Positions 1-14,290 of a stretch of 64,000 bases of DNA are shown here, piece after piece; positions within the stretch are counted from its first letter, which is position 1, and every line of letters begins with the position of its first letter. The stretch is from Hydrolagus affinis (taxonomy: Eukaryota), in the NCBI GenBank assembly GCA_012026655.1, contig JAAILG010000667.1, forward strand, positions 1 to 64,000, written 5' to 3'. Under the pieces are notes generated by a model that saw only the letters and a program-made list of their open reading frames with translations, was not told where the DNA came from and did not search any database. A program made the translations under genes and the position numbers.

Positions 1-429
1 CACCAATTCACAAAAGCTCAGGGAAGACTTTTCACATCAAAGCTAGCTATTGTGCTCTGCAGGACCTGATGGGATGTGGCAAGAACAGTAATTACACAGT
101 GGAGACTTGCTATTACAGGGTCACAGAGAAAGTGTATTGGGACAACACAAAACCAGATTTATGATCCAAACTCATTTCTATCACAAATTGGTCATTGCAT
201 TGCCGTTTTAGATCATTCCACTGTTATGATCTATTTGAAGGCAACATCGAGGAGATTTCTAAAGGGAGATTTATGACCAAAAATAGTGAGATGGATCACA
301 AGCACTTTTAAACATGTGGTCACATTTCGAGTGGCGTACATCAAAACATATTTCTTTTCTCCACCCTATCAATTTTCTTAACACCTATTCTGAAGATGAT
401 GATTCACACCAGGATCCAAGTTCATTGGA

Positions 430-1930
430 CAATAACAACAAAATTACATTTGTATAGTGCCTTTCAAGTTGGGATGATGTCCCAAGGCACTGGGCTGAGC
501 TGGGGTCAGGATCGAGGAGAGTGAAGGGAAGGAGGGGTAAGGGGGGTTACCAACGGCACCAATGGTCGAAGATGGAGGTCTTTGAAGGCAAGGCCCAGGA
601 TCTTGAATTGAATCCTCTGTGTAATGGGAAGCCAGTGAAGTCAGGCGAGGATAGGGGTGATTGGTTTGCAGAGCCTTGAGTGGAAGAGGATATGGGCTAC
701 AGAATCCTGGATGATCTGCAGCCTATGCAGCCTATGGAGGGAGGAATCGGTGCTGTTGACTAAGCAGGGTTTTGGCATAGTTGAGTCTGAATTTAATAAT
801 AGCATGAATAAGAGTTTCAGAGGCCTGTGGGTGGGGTAGTGGTGGAGTCGGGCAATGCTGCAGAGGTGAAGGAAGGTAGAGTGGTTCATGGCATGGATGT
901 GGGGGAGAAAAGATAGTTGAGAATTGAACAAGACACCTACGTTACAGACTGGCTTGGTGAGGTTGAATGTGCAACCATGGAGGTTGGTGCTGCCAGTGCC
1001 TGAGGTGTGAATGCACAGGTCCGCAAAGATTGAGCTGAGAGGAGAGGTGGTGTAGGTGGATGGAGTGGTTGACAACAACAACAACAACTAAATTACACTT
1101 GTATAGTGCCTTTCTTGTTGGGAGGATTCCCAAGATGCTGGATAGTGTTGAAGGCAGCAGAGAGGTCATGGAGGACAAGGAGGCAGAGGGAGCCCTGATC
1201 GCAGATGTTCGTAATGTCATTGGAGACTTTGACCAGAACTGTTTCCATGCTCTGGGATGCATAGAAACTGGATTGGAGGGGTTTAAAGAAGGAATGGTGG
1301 GAAAGGAAAGATCGAAAATGGAAAGTGACGACTCGTTCCAGGGACTTGGAGTGGAGTGGGAGGTTGGAGATGGGGCAGTAGATGGAGAGTAGGGATGGAT
1401 CTAAGGCAGTTTTTTTCAGGATGGGGGTGATTACAGCTGTTTTGAAGGACTCTCAGACGTCATCTGGCGTGGAGGGCGCAAGATAAATCCAAGTTGTTGT
1501 TTTTGTTGTTGTTTTAAGATGTGGGAACAGTGTCAGTGGGTAAGGAGAGGTTGATGATATCAGTTAGGAGAGGAGCCAGGAGGTGAAGCTGGGAGTGAGG
1601 AGAGAGGTGGGTATAATAATAATAATCATAATAAATCTTGCATTTGATATAGCGCTTTTCACATCTTATCGACGTCTCAAAGCGCTTCACAGAATATACT
1701 GTGAAGTGAATTGACTGTATATTTGTGGGTGAAACGCAGCAGCCAATTGCGCACAGCACACATGGGTATGGGTTGAGGGAGCGGTTGGCGGGCTTCATTT
1801 TAGAGATAATGGAGGTGAGGGAGGAGGGAGAGATAGAGTTAAAGATGTATAGGGGACTTAGGTGTGCCATGAGGGGAAGCCAATGAGGGGGGTGGAGGTG
1901 ATAGAGGTAGCCAAACGGATCCCCTTGATT
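430..1930 (-). mobile_element. Nested cluster of L2-clade LINE fragments, with an opposite-strand L2 tail (~1440-1512) and a SINE tail (~1613-1760) inserted
   Basis: Degenerate RT C-terminal peptides (VCNVGVLFNSQLSFLPHI, LAPLLTDIINLSL) and (TTG)n tails at ~430 and ~1073. Confidence 0.85.
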
Positions 1931-4804
1931 TTCGATGCAAGGAAGTCCAGCATCACCTCACAGTTGGATTTGGAGGAGAGGATGGGCATTGGATATTGGT
2001 AATCGTCATGTAATTTATCTAAGTGGCCATTCTTCACTTGTCACTTTAACAGAAGTGACTGCTTCACTCCTTGGGAAAGTGATAACAGCAGAACACAAAC
2101 CTGCCTTCAATAATCATTCATACAGTACACTTTACAGCTGGTAAGGTCAGGAGTTAGAAAGAGTTGACAATCTCCCCCATATAAAAATGGATATGGGATT
2201 TGAATTGAGGTAAAATTATGGGACCACTTAAATCTTATTTTACCATATACTGGACCAACAAAAATATATGAATTCTGGATTTGCATTTTATCTTCTTGGC
2301 AATGTTCTCATCACTACTCCAGGAGCACCTATTGAAAAGAGTAAAAAGAGTACATCTAGGTACAATTTTACCCAGTGATTTCGATATTGAGTTGTATCAG
2401 TGTGTACATTATAACGTGGGTGTGAGACCTCACTGTAAAAAGGGTTGAAAGGGTTACCATTTTTCTTCAGAGATTAAACATTGTGTGATCACTGCCTGCA
2501 TCACCTCAGCAAGGCGGGATAGGTGTGGCACTGACCCTGTGAAACACTGACCCGGTCTCTCCCTGTGTGTGACAGAACAAAAATGACTGAGAAACTAACT
2601 AATGACTCTCTTCCCACACACAAACAGAAGCTCCGTTTGACCGTCACTGCAATGAATGGGTGTTGCAACTCCCCTAAGCCTTTTCCCCTCCGGAACATCC
2701 TTGAAAACCTAGGATATCCTTTTCACGCTGTACCACACCACAGGACTCTCAGTGGGGCGTGTTACTGTATAAATACCAAGCAGAAGCTGAACCATAGGAG
2801 TTGCCAGCCATAGTTTCTCATATTAACTCCTTCACATCCAAGTGCATTTTAACTTCTCATTTTAGATCTTTCTACTGTCATCTTCCCTTTTGTTTACAAT
2901 AAGCTAACCATTCTTTTATGGCCATTATATTTGGTACTAATTTCAAGCCAGAAGGACAACCAGTTTGGGAAGTATGTAGGAGCATGTTCCTTTAAGTATA
3001 TCATTTAAAAAAATGCAAATCCATAAATTGTCACCTCTTTGAGGCCAAGCTGGCAGTTGTACATGCTGCTGCCATCTCATCTTTTCTGCGTTAAGACAGA
3101 AGGAGACTTGTTACATCCCACCAGCGCAGTGTACCTGTTTACACATGTAAGACCTGTAGGAGTTTAAAATTTCAGCTGCAGAATTGATAAAGAAGCTATC
3201 AAGTTCTTAGCTTTCTTTAATTAGTATGCAACATTGACAGTGGTAAAGTTTTTTTTAAAAAAAATCTTGCTCAGCCAGTGTATATGAAGTATACACTGGG
3301 AATTTATTGAAAAATACATAAAAAAAACACAGAACAATTGCTATGTGTGTGAAAAGGAGTAACTGTCAAGGACCTATCTATCCAATAAAGTCTGTCCAAT
3401 AATCCTCATCTAATTGCCTGTAAGCAATGATTAACATGGGTGGGAGCATTTGATAATGGAGGATGGAGCCTATGGAGGCCAGGGAGTTAGAGCAGCTGCA
3501 GAAAATATATACAGAACTGTTCAAAAGAAATCAAAGCAGAATTGTGATGCCTAACCATCATAAAATCCTAAGTCCAAATAATTTTTTGTTTTGCTGTTTT
3601 GGTATAATCATTTCATTCCGAATTCTTGGTGGGTGTTACTGCCATTATAAACAAATCTGGAAGAGATTCTACCGACCCATTGTGCTATCCAGTAAAACAT
3701 ACCCAGGCAATTGTCTAAGCTTAGCTCCAAAACAGAATCACAAGAGAAGACACAATAGGATGAATGTGCACAGCAGCAAAGTACCCTGGCTACTTGACTA
3801 CACTTAAACATTATTGAGAAAAACTCCCCAAATTTAAATCACATAGTTTCATCTGGTGTCTAACCAACAGACTTCTGACAGTTTCCTAAAGGGTCCAATA
3901 CCATTATTAAGGCTCAGTTGGTTATATCAATTATTCAGATTTCACTCCTTTAGTTTATATCATTGGCCATTGCGTTCTTGCCTTTTATCTAAATGAAGAC
4001 TTTTAGCTTTAATGGAAAACAAATGGTGACGGCTTATATTAGAATTGAAAAGAGGTGGTCCTGTGTGTATAGAACCTTAATTGCAGTCTCCTGCGGTTAA
4101 TTGGTTTTATTATTAACAAGCTTGAAATTAAATAATCACAAAGTTCACTGACTTACACATTGGAGGAAGAGGCTGTGGAGTCCTGTCGTCACATCCCTCT
4201 TTGTGTAGGTCTTCTGTCACATTAATAATCAGACACTTGCATTAATTTTTGATAACTCACTGAAGCAGGGCTCCTATGGAACACTGGGTGCCAGTGTGGC
4301 AGGCTGTGTAAGGAGATACAGAATTTTATATCTGAGACTGGTATGATCCTACCATGGAGACAATAGAGACAGGGAATTAGTTGTGTTCTGGAATCATTAG
4401 ATCAGATTTCCGAAGGGTCTTTGTCATCCAAAATCAATTCTGTAAAAGGTTGATTCTGGCTGCTGTGTACCTAATGTACCTGAAGAAGGGAATCTCATAC
4501 AATTTACTGTAAAGTGTAGTGATTGTGTATTTTACTGATTAGTAGTCAATGTCATTGGAATGGCTGACTGTACCTCTTAAAATGATTCCGTTTTATAAAC
4601 ATTTTGCAAAATACACATAATAAAACAGATAATCAATCAATTGTGTGTTACGAAATGCTATTCATTTCACTTGGTAAAATATTTACTGCTATGTTGGTAA
4701 ATCAGGTTTATATTTCCCTTCAATTATAGAGCAGAGATGGGTGGTATTCAGATAGAGTGACTCACAGGATATTTTCAGCAGAATATTCCAGCTCAGCCCA
4801 ATAA

Positions 4805-4892
4805 TCTATATATACAGTATATATAAAAGCCTTAGGTATGTTTCCGCAATTGTGTCCTCATGACGCGGATGGCGCTGTGTCAAATCTATCTG

Positions 4893-4927
<35 letters not shown>

Positions 4928-5151
4928 CCTTAGGTATATTGCCACAATTGTAACAATGAACTTCTAAAAGGAAAACAAAAACCAATACAGCTTAAAAAAA
5001 ACCAAACAACAAAGAAAAACAACCCAGTGATTAAAGCTCATCCTTTTTTTGTAAACAACAAATATATTATTTAAAAAGTTTTGAAATACTGTATATGAAT
5101 AAACGTGTTCAAAAACACTAGGCCGCATATGTTTCGTGGGTGTATAGCTAG
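4805..5151 (+). mobile_element. Probable non-autonomous Helitron
   Basis: Begins A|TCTATATAT..., ends ccgc...gtggg imperfect hairpin then ...agCTAG|T; no TSD; second copy of the 5' end at 4885. Confidence 0.6.
4894..4925. repeat. (TA)n microsatellite
   Basis: About 16 perfect TA units inside the Helitron-like element. Confidence 0.95.
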
Positions 5152-6769
5152 TTTTACAATATTCCTGTAAGCTCACGCCCTTCTTTTCTGTTTTATATAG
5201 GTAGTTATTTTTGCTTTCAGCTAAATATACCCAATATTCTAGGCAAGAGATCAATCAAACCTTATTTCAGGAAATCTTCTTCATAGCTTGGTATATATTT
5301 GCAACAGTTTAAGACATCCGATGAAAGAAATAAAGAAAAAAAATACACAATTTTGTTGTCTTACTGGCAGATGAATTGACCAACAGTATTCCTACAGGGG
5401 AAAAATGGAGAATAGCCATGATTTTGTGATTTTGAGTTTGATACTTTGGTGAAACAATTTATTGAAATTACATCAGAGTCAAGAAACTGTTTGCCTACAG
5501 CAACTGAGCAACTAAAATTAATGCAATTTAAACCATTAAGAGAGACCCAGAGACTGCATAAAACATCCATGGGTTCTGAAATAGCAAAAAAAAAGTAGTC
5601 CATAACATAATAAAGGGGGAAATAGTGACTGTACTGTTCTACCTATTGATCACACAAGAATGTATATCCAGCTATCCCTCTATTTATCAATAATGTATTT
5701 TCTCCTATTATAAGAAATGAGAAACATGGTCTTAAAATACTTACCTTCTGGCATTTATGAGACTGGATGCTAAAGCTAGATATATGTGACTTTCATCAAT
5801 CAATTTTATTTGTGTTCCTTAAAGTCAAGATTTAACTTTTATGGAAATTTCAGGAGGCTAGTGAAAACCACTCTGCTTATCAAATTGACAATTCATTTTA
5901 ATAATGTTATAATTCCTTCCGGACGTAAACCATTTTATCTTTTTTGTGGAGATCAATGAATTGTTTAGAAATCCTAAAACCACTCAGCGCTATATGGTTT
6001 CAATTAATGAGTTACAAGAGTTCTATGAATCACAGTTCTGTCACATTTATGACTGAACATTTCTCTTTCAGAGTGTAGATATAAAACATTTTTTAAAAGG
6101 TCCTTAATAGCACATGTTCAGTGCCAGAAAATAAATCCAAAATCATTATGAGTCTTAATTTAGTGCATTCCATCCCCAATTATTGCTTTAAATGCAGATT
6201 TTCCACTTGGGCAGTAAGTTTTTTTTATGGCGATTAATTCTTGCACTAAATGAGATTTAGCTGCAAGAATGTATAAAAGCAGATTTTACGTTCAGCCAAT
6301 TTCTCACTGAGTGCTTGAGTGCATATAATCAACATATGTAAGAATTCACTATAACTGATGCTCATATGACGAGTTTGCCCAACATCACTTATCTTTTAGC
6401 AATTTTAATGATAGCATAGAGCACTCCTAACATGAGGAAGAAAATATTTTAATCGCTTTCATCTATTGACTAACTGCAGCTCCTTAAATACTCAACAATG
6501 TGGGGTTCCTCCTATGTGAAAATCCATTGGTTCAGATGCTGAAGACCTTATTAGGGCATTGTTCAGTGATTTTCTCACTCCCAACAATACTCAGAACATT
6601 AGAAAATATCATTATTACTTGGAAAACAGCAAAATGACCCATAAGAATCTTGAAATCTCCAAGAACCTTCAGTAGAATTGTAAGTGAAGAGCAAATGATC
6701 ATCTGTGATACAGTATCAAGTGGGGAAGGGTGGCTATCATGAAATTAGTTGTGACTCTATATATGTGGG

Positions 6770-6945
6770 CAAAATGCAGCCAACAGTGTCCCACAAACAG
6801 TGGATTGAAATGACCAATTGTTTTCTGAGGGATTATTATTGAGTGTGCGGAATAAGGAAACTTGCCCAAGAATTTGCCCTGCCTGGAATTGAACCCAAGT
6901 CTCTTGCTTATAAGACGAGTGATCTAACCACTGAGCTACAGGGTT
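6770..6945 (-). mobile_element. tRNA-derived SINE, partial (same family as 54262-54994)
   Basis: Minus strand tgtagctcagtggttagatcactcgtc...gggttcaattccaggcagggc (A and B boxes) followed by the family body. Confidence 0.8.
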
Positions 6946-9900
6946 GGGAGAACAATGCGCTTCACAGGATTTATTACAAAATACGCTGACTATTTTATAG
7001 GAAAATGCATCAGTCAATGTTGCACACAGAAATATCCATGGCATCTAAATAGAATTAGGCACAATAATACATATATTAGTGCCTTTCAATCTTAAATTCA
7101 ACAATAAACCAACCAGTCTACTGGTGCTGATAGGATAATTTTTTTTATTGATTTAAGTATCAGTTGCCCACAAATCGAAACTCTCCTGACTGATTCACAG
7201 TGCCATGATATGTTACAAATGAGTAGCGCAACAGACACATGCATCTTCCACAAGCACTGCCATAGGAGAGAAAGAATCAAATAATAATAAATCAGGGAGA
7301 AGCATAAAATTGAAAAAAATATATATTTTAAAATCATTTAAATCAAGGCCACTCATAATGCAAGTTGTCAGGTTATAATTTTAAAAAATTTGTACAGCAA
7401 ATGACAAGATGTGACTGTCTTTTAACTTATTTTGACTATTTTTACAAGAGTTGGAAAGAAATCAATATGAAACAACAAATTCTCCTTTTCAAACTTTCAC
7501 CAGAAAGTCACAATACTGTAGTATACATTCGGCACTCATGCAGGATTTCAACAGCCAGAAAATAGGGCATTGACTTATTGATCATACAGCTTCTCATGCT
7601 TTCAATGCTTGAAAGAGCAAGATATTTCTTCCTGACGTGACACTTGTGGTGGATTTGCAAGGTCCTGGTTCAGTGCTTGGGCAAAACCTTGGCTTTCACA
7701 CCTGCCTGATGTAAATGCTGTGTGCTTTTGTCATTTTTGTTTCTTGATGTGTGTGTACGTGCATATGTTGTGTGAGGGTGTTGTGGGATATAGAGCGAAT
7801 GACTGACAAGTTCTCTATGCTGTTTGGAGGTGCTGGAGACTCTTACAATCCATATCAACTGCATAGAATTCAATGAGTGGCAATTTTCAATAGATTGTCC
7901 TGGCAGCTTTGATGTTAGTCAGAGTAATTTGCTGTCAAATCCATGACATTACATTGATTTAGTGCAATGGAATTGCCTTCAAGTTACAAAAAGGACTAAA
8001 TTCAGAAACTGAATATAATTTATTTCGACAAACTGGAGCATTGTGTTACTGAATCGATTGAGAGAAAGCCTGAAGCAAATACATAAACTTCATGTGAATG
8101 AATAGCAATCAAAATATCAAAGGTTTTACTTTTGTGTAGATTTTAAGTGACATCTGAAAGGATACATGCTCCAGTTCAGTATCAAAGTGTCAGCTAGCTG
8201 ACCAAGATTCAAATGGCCAAACTCAGCTATGAACCAAAACAAGTTTTTATATGTGTGTAAAAAAAAGTAAAGTAAATAAAAGCGCATTTGTTCACAAGTA
8301 TGGATTTTTTCCTGCAGTGATTCAGTTCTTGAATTTATGCTTCTCTACCTGTCCCAATTGACTTCTTCAGAGACATATCCACATGTTTACTATCCGACAT
8401 TAATCTTTGAATAAGTCATAACTGTAGTTTCACCATAAATATCTAAATTTACACTTGCTCTGTGCCCTGGTTATGCCTTCCAACCCTGTCCCCGTAAATT
8501 ATAAATAGAAGTAGTGACAACACGTAAATGAATTCAATATTTGCAGCAAATTGATCCAAAAACTACAGACACTAAGCTCCTGCACTCATTACACATGGAT
8601 GAGAAATCAGCTATTAATCCAGTTCTATTTGCTAGATTTACTTGTAATCCACTCAGGTAAAATGTTGCTTTATGCCTCATTGCATGCAGATCAATGGCAA
8701 CAGTCTTCACTATGCAAGGGGCAAAGTGACTAATCTTGTTCCTATGTCCCGAAGTTTCTAAATTTTACATGATGATTACAGATATGCAGATAAATGACTA
8801 CAGTATATGTTTTATTTTGTTTGGACTTTTTGGGATGGACTGCGCTGGAAATGGTCAAACATAATTCTGTACTTTAGGAGAGAATGAGAACTGGTTTGAT
8901 CCGTTGGGATTCCAGACAATGAAGTCAGAGAAGTGGTTTGGAACATTGGAATTCTATATATTGGAGTGGGTGTGAACTAGTTTGACTTTGCCCATTAAAA
9001 GCTCACACTGCCAGATTTGAGAAATTTACTGACCAGCAGAGAATCAGATGTGTACTTCTAAACTTCTAAACTAGTATTTATTCAACAATCCCCACAAAAC
9101 AATCCAATATATTTAGATAAAGATTGATTCCTGGAATGAATTGTAACGGAAATTCAAGAAAACAGCTTATTTCATACATATTGTCAAGAGGGTCTGCATA
9201 AGATAGTTTTTCAGTTATATTCCATAGAATACAGGATACTTGCAGGTGGCCATACATAATCAATATAAATATGGCCACTGTGTTCAAAGGTACTGTCTCT
9301 ACAAGCTATTTCTTGCTATTTATGGAACATGTTGTTCATCAGTTTTGTTAATTGCATGGCTAAGTAGGGCATTTCCTTCAATTTGGTGACAGAGAAAAGA
9401 GAAAGATAATGCAAGGTAGAAAACTACTTTGATCAGTAAGGCTATCTAGAGAGATAACCAAGAAAGCTGTACATCAAAAAAAGTCAACTGGGATTGTGAT
9501 TTTCACCTTTGTGCAAGATAGTCTTGTGTGGAGAAATTAGATTTACTCTTCAAGAACTATTCGGTGAGAATGTCAAGGAGATTTATTGACCTCATGTTGA
9601 CAGATGTGAATAGTATCGACTTTGAATAGCAATATCATCTGATATACAACCCTCTGTTCGCAAGATTAACAGGGTGTTATTGAATCTAATGACCCCCCAC
9701 TGTTGACGTAGAATTGGTAACTCCTCCTGGATCCCCAAACCATAAGTTTGCCCATTAACTTGAAATATTAATATTATTTTCTCTGTAAACTTTAAAAAAG
9801 CTTTGGTTACTGTTACAGTTATAAAGTATTTCTTTTCACCTTAATATCCATCTCATTTCTGTTTTCCTGTTGAGTTGACGGGACATGCATTGATTTTATT

Positions 9901-11374
9901 GATTAAACAAGATCTGCTTTTGGGTGATAGTATCACGAAACCAGAATGGTTCAGTCACAGTATTCCATTTGCTCACACCCCTGGCTCAGCAACTCCCGCC
10001 AACCATTAGAGGATTTTTCTTGCCAAACAATGGACATTCACTTCATGGTTGTTTGTGGGCAATGCTGTGGACCTGCAATTGCATAGTTGATAGCTACACT
10101 TTATAATAAATCCTGTGAAGCAATTTGAGACATTTTGATAAAGTGATAAAGTGCTGCATCAAATCCAAAGATTATTATCATAACTGCACTTTCCCATTTA
10201 AATGAAATGATTTAAAGAACGGAAGGAAGATGGAAATATGCCAAGCTTATCCAATTCTCAGTTGTTTGATTTTCAACCTGATGGCCTTTTTTTAAAAAAA
10301 ATCTGAAATAAACTGCAATGTTCAATGTTAATGATAATGCTTTCTACTAATTTCTGCAAAGCACTAGAAATAGTTATTTGGGTGAGTGGTCAGTGATGAA
10401 CTATGAGTTTGAGTATTATTTTCTTGGGAATCAACTCATTTTGCAAATTCCTGGAATCCCTTTCTCAGACACCCACACTGGCTAATTTGTCTTTTGCATC
10501 CACTGATATGTACATGTGTATGTGTAGATAATATATTATATATATATATATATATACAGTATATATGCGCACATACACACATAAGCAAGCCATAGACATC
10601 CATTGGCTGTACAACACTCAACATGCAAGATTAGTTATTTTACCCAAAGATATATCATGAGACCTCAACACAGTTACAGACATTAACACTAGATAATAAG
10701 ATTGATTTAAATGGACCTGGCCAGTCATTGATTACCCTCACAAGAAGTATATTTAGTGCACAGTACCAGATGCCAGTCATTCAGAGCTGTTATCCAATGT
10801 ATACATGCTGAACCAGTACAGTAGGCCTAGATTAGGAAAACAAAATAACTAAACAGGGGCTGACAGCAAGCGTCAACTACAATGCTAACTGTGGTTGACA
10901 TGAAACTTAGCCACTTGAGTAAAGAAGACCAGAGAAGCCTCTGGAACCATAAGACAGCAATAGTAAATAATTGGTGGTGGTGGTGGTTGGAAGGGGAAGA
11001 ACTGCACAACCATATTCCTGTGATTATCATTAAAGAAAAGCCCGTTAAATAAATATGGTAGATAAAACAGTTGTGGTGGTATGCTTGCAGTAGCATTAAT
11101 TGCCTCTAAATAACTGCATTGAGAACAGGGTAGCAGTGCCACCATCAGCCAAGTTGAAATATTCCAGGAGTTTTTTTTATTGAAGTTAACAGTACACCTA
11201 GAAAAGGATTACAGTAAAACATGCAAACTATTATTTTTGGGGGAGTGCAAGCAAACAAATAACGTCCAATTGAACATAATTCAAAGGTGTAAACCCTAAT
11301 CCTTGTAAGTGCCTAGCCACCCACCTCCTTCATCTTTGTAGTTACACCTGGAGTGATAATTCAGCACAAAAAAA

Positions 11375-11990
11375 GCACACAAAATACTGCAGATGCTGGA
11401 AATCTGATATAAAAATAGAAATTGCTGGGAACACTCAGCAGGTCAGTCAGCATCTATGGAGAAAGGAAACGTGGGCCAACGTTCCGGGGTCCACGACCCT
11501 TCGCCAGAACTGGGGAGTGTTGGGAGGGAGAGGCTTTTAAGGATTAACAGAGAGAGAGAGGCAGGGCAAGGAAGACAAAAGAGAGAAAGGGCAGCAGATG
11601 ATGGGTTAAAAAGGTGTTAATGTTGTGAAACAGAAGGGGTTTTTCAACTCATTTCAACTCTCATTTCATGCCATTTCAACTCTCCTTCCCACTCACAGTC
11701 CGACCTCTCCATCCACGGTCTCCTGTGCTGTTCCAGTGAACTGCAGCGCAAGCTCGAGGAACAGCACCTTATCCATCTGCTAGGAGCCTTACAGCCCTCT
11801 GACCTTAATATTGATTTCAACAATTTCAGGCCATAAAAGCTCACCTTCCCCCTCTTCTGCGGGGAACAAGTTCTTTGGCAATTTCACCCCCTCTTTGTTT
11901 TAAGGTTAACACCTCTTCTCTCCAGTTTGCAATTCCCCCTTTTGTTGCACTCCCTCAATTTCTCCGCCTTGCCCGAGACACTACCCTTCA
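11375..11990. mobile_element. Penelope-like element fragments in inverted arrangement
   Basis: Plus 11672-11836 encodes HFNSPSHSQSDLSIHGLLCCSSELQRKLEEQHLIHLLGALQPSDLNIDFNNFRP*, typical of the C-terminus of the Penelope GIY-YIG endonuclease; 11375-11640 is the 3'/pLTR segment on the minus strand. Confidence 0.8.
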
Positions 11991-13964
11991 TGAAGGGGAA
12001 AGTATAAGTCCAAGTTGTTGTTGTTGGGATTGTGAAAAGCACCACTTTATTCTCTAATTATTTTAATTTGCTGTTAATTAGATAATTAAGGACACATACA
12101 ATTTCCCCAATGCATACAAATTTACACATGGTTTACACAGGTTACAAAGGATACCATATTCTTACTTACTGTAAACATCACAGCGAATTCAGTGAAAGGT
12201 CAAAATGTACTTGATTTATTAAATATGCATGGTGGAAAGTGTCAAGGACACTTAGTTCAAATCACAAACATGAAGGCAATTCACATACATCCAAGCTAAA
12301 CTGAAGTGTCTTATCCAAGTACCTGAAGGAAATTTATTGCAGTCCTGATGGTGGAATGGATAGAGCTGCAGTTTATGAACCATGAGCTTGCTGGGTTGAA
12401 TTTCAATTGTGGCCGAGCTTTCCGATCCAGTCACGGGATGCAAGGGGAGGTTAAATTGACCTCAATCTTCATTGGGTTGGAGAAAGTATCCAGATTCCTG
12501 CTTTTGATTCCTCAACAGCATCCTCTACTGCTTGTATATGGCAGACAGACAGACAGACAGGTGCTAGGCTTGGCTGTGAACTATCACCTCTGTGTTGAGT
12601 GTGAGTAGACATGTCAAGACTCACACGAGAACAAGCCACTCTGGAAAGCAAGTAGAACCCACAGAATTTACTCCAGTCAGAGGAAGCCAGACTTGGGACA
12701 AAGAAGGCTTATGCCAAGTGGGGAGAAAAATCAACTGGATGCACTACATTTTCATAAAAAGGAAATTAATGTTTTCATAAATTTGAAATAATTCCAGGAA
12801 TCTGACCTCTATTCTACAGCTCATTCCACAGAGTCCCCAGTAAAGGTCCAACATTATTTTGTGGTTCATACCTTTTAATTAAACCCTCAAGTTTCTTCCA
12901 TACATACATTGTTGTACTACACATGATCAAAGTTACAATTAAACAGGAGTGTACTTTTCATTTGAAGACAGAACATTCATACATGCCTCCAAACTGCACT
13001 TGAATGAAATAACAAAGGATCCTTTAAAAATAGCTTAATTTTTAAAATTGTTATCACAATCAAATTTCCCTGTTTCTGTGAACCCAATTAATTTTTTAAA
13101 GAATAAACAGTAAACTCCATTGATGCCCAAGGGATACAATTTAAATTCCATTCTTGCAGTGATCATAACTCATTGGTTATCAGGTAAGCCCAATTGTTGG
13201 TAATAAATCATATCCCACCGCTGATAATAAATGCATCCCTTGGGTATTTAAGTGATCGCTTCCATTTGGAGTAAACAAAAATAAGCTATTGTACAATTAA
13301 ATGCTGAGGGATGGTGATGGGGTGTTTAATCAAAGTGCACTGCCCCCATTTTTTTTGTGTAGCCTTCTTCAACTACAGTTTTTCTAAATAAAAATGTCTA
13401 GGGTAAATTTGTCACATTATTGTCAACTTATTGAAATCATCTTTTACAAGTTAAAGCCTGCTCTGCTACTAACTTCTTATTGGTATTCACATTATTAATG
13501 TTCTATAACCATTCAATTTGATAGCTTATTATTGTCCCTTAGAATAGTGGTTGTGTGCTCCTGGGTGAACTATTTTGCAGTAGAACTTTGAAAATGATGG
13601 CATTCAGAGACTTTTCTCTTCTCCTTTGTTGATGTTACTGTTTTGAGCTCCGTAGAAGACCTTGAAGATTTATGCTGAAGCCATTTGTGGAGTATTGTTT
13701 TGATCTTGTGTGTTATTGTATGTCATTGTAAATCTTTCTCTGTGAAGTTTTCCCAAATACACAAGAATATAGAGAATGTTCTGTTTAGTCTCTGTTTTTC
13801 AAGTTGCCTGTCGAAAGCCTCCACTATCTTCCACTTAGAAATGTTTGTAGACTTAGTTATTGTTTTGGCATGCTTTAAGTGAACTCTATATCTTGTGCCT
13901 AGGACAAAATTAAGGTCACATTTTAAAAATATAAATTTAAGATACAGGCTGGTTTATTTACTGT

Positions 13965-14290
13965 TCATCTGTTCGATCCCTGGCAGGGCAAAATGTTGGG
14001 CAAGTTTCCTTTCTGCACACGCCTCTGTTTACCCAGCAGTAAGTCAGAACCTGGTTATTAGTCGATTAGCGAATCGCTTTTCTGGGGGTAATAACTCCTT
14101 CAAATTTTTTCAAATTAGTCACTTCCATCCATGACTGTTTTTGGGACACTGTTGTGCACAATTGGCTGTCATGTTTGGCCCACAAAATATACAATCAATT
14201 CACTCTACAGTATGTTCTATGAAGCGCTTTGAGGTGTCTTGAAGATGTGATAAAGCGCTGTATCAATGCAAGGATTAGTATTATTATCTG
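13965..14290 (+). mobile_element. SINE with B box, variant middle and the shared L2-like tail
   Basis: gttcgatccc B box, ttgggcaagtttcc, tail gaagcgctttgaggtgtc...gcgctgtatcaatgcaaggattagtattatta. Confidence 0.75.

Noticed and set aside
5736-5780. Strong orphan donor AAG|gtaagt on the minus strand
   Set aside because: No partner exons or coding signal identified
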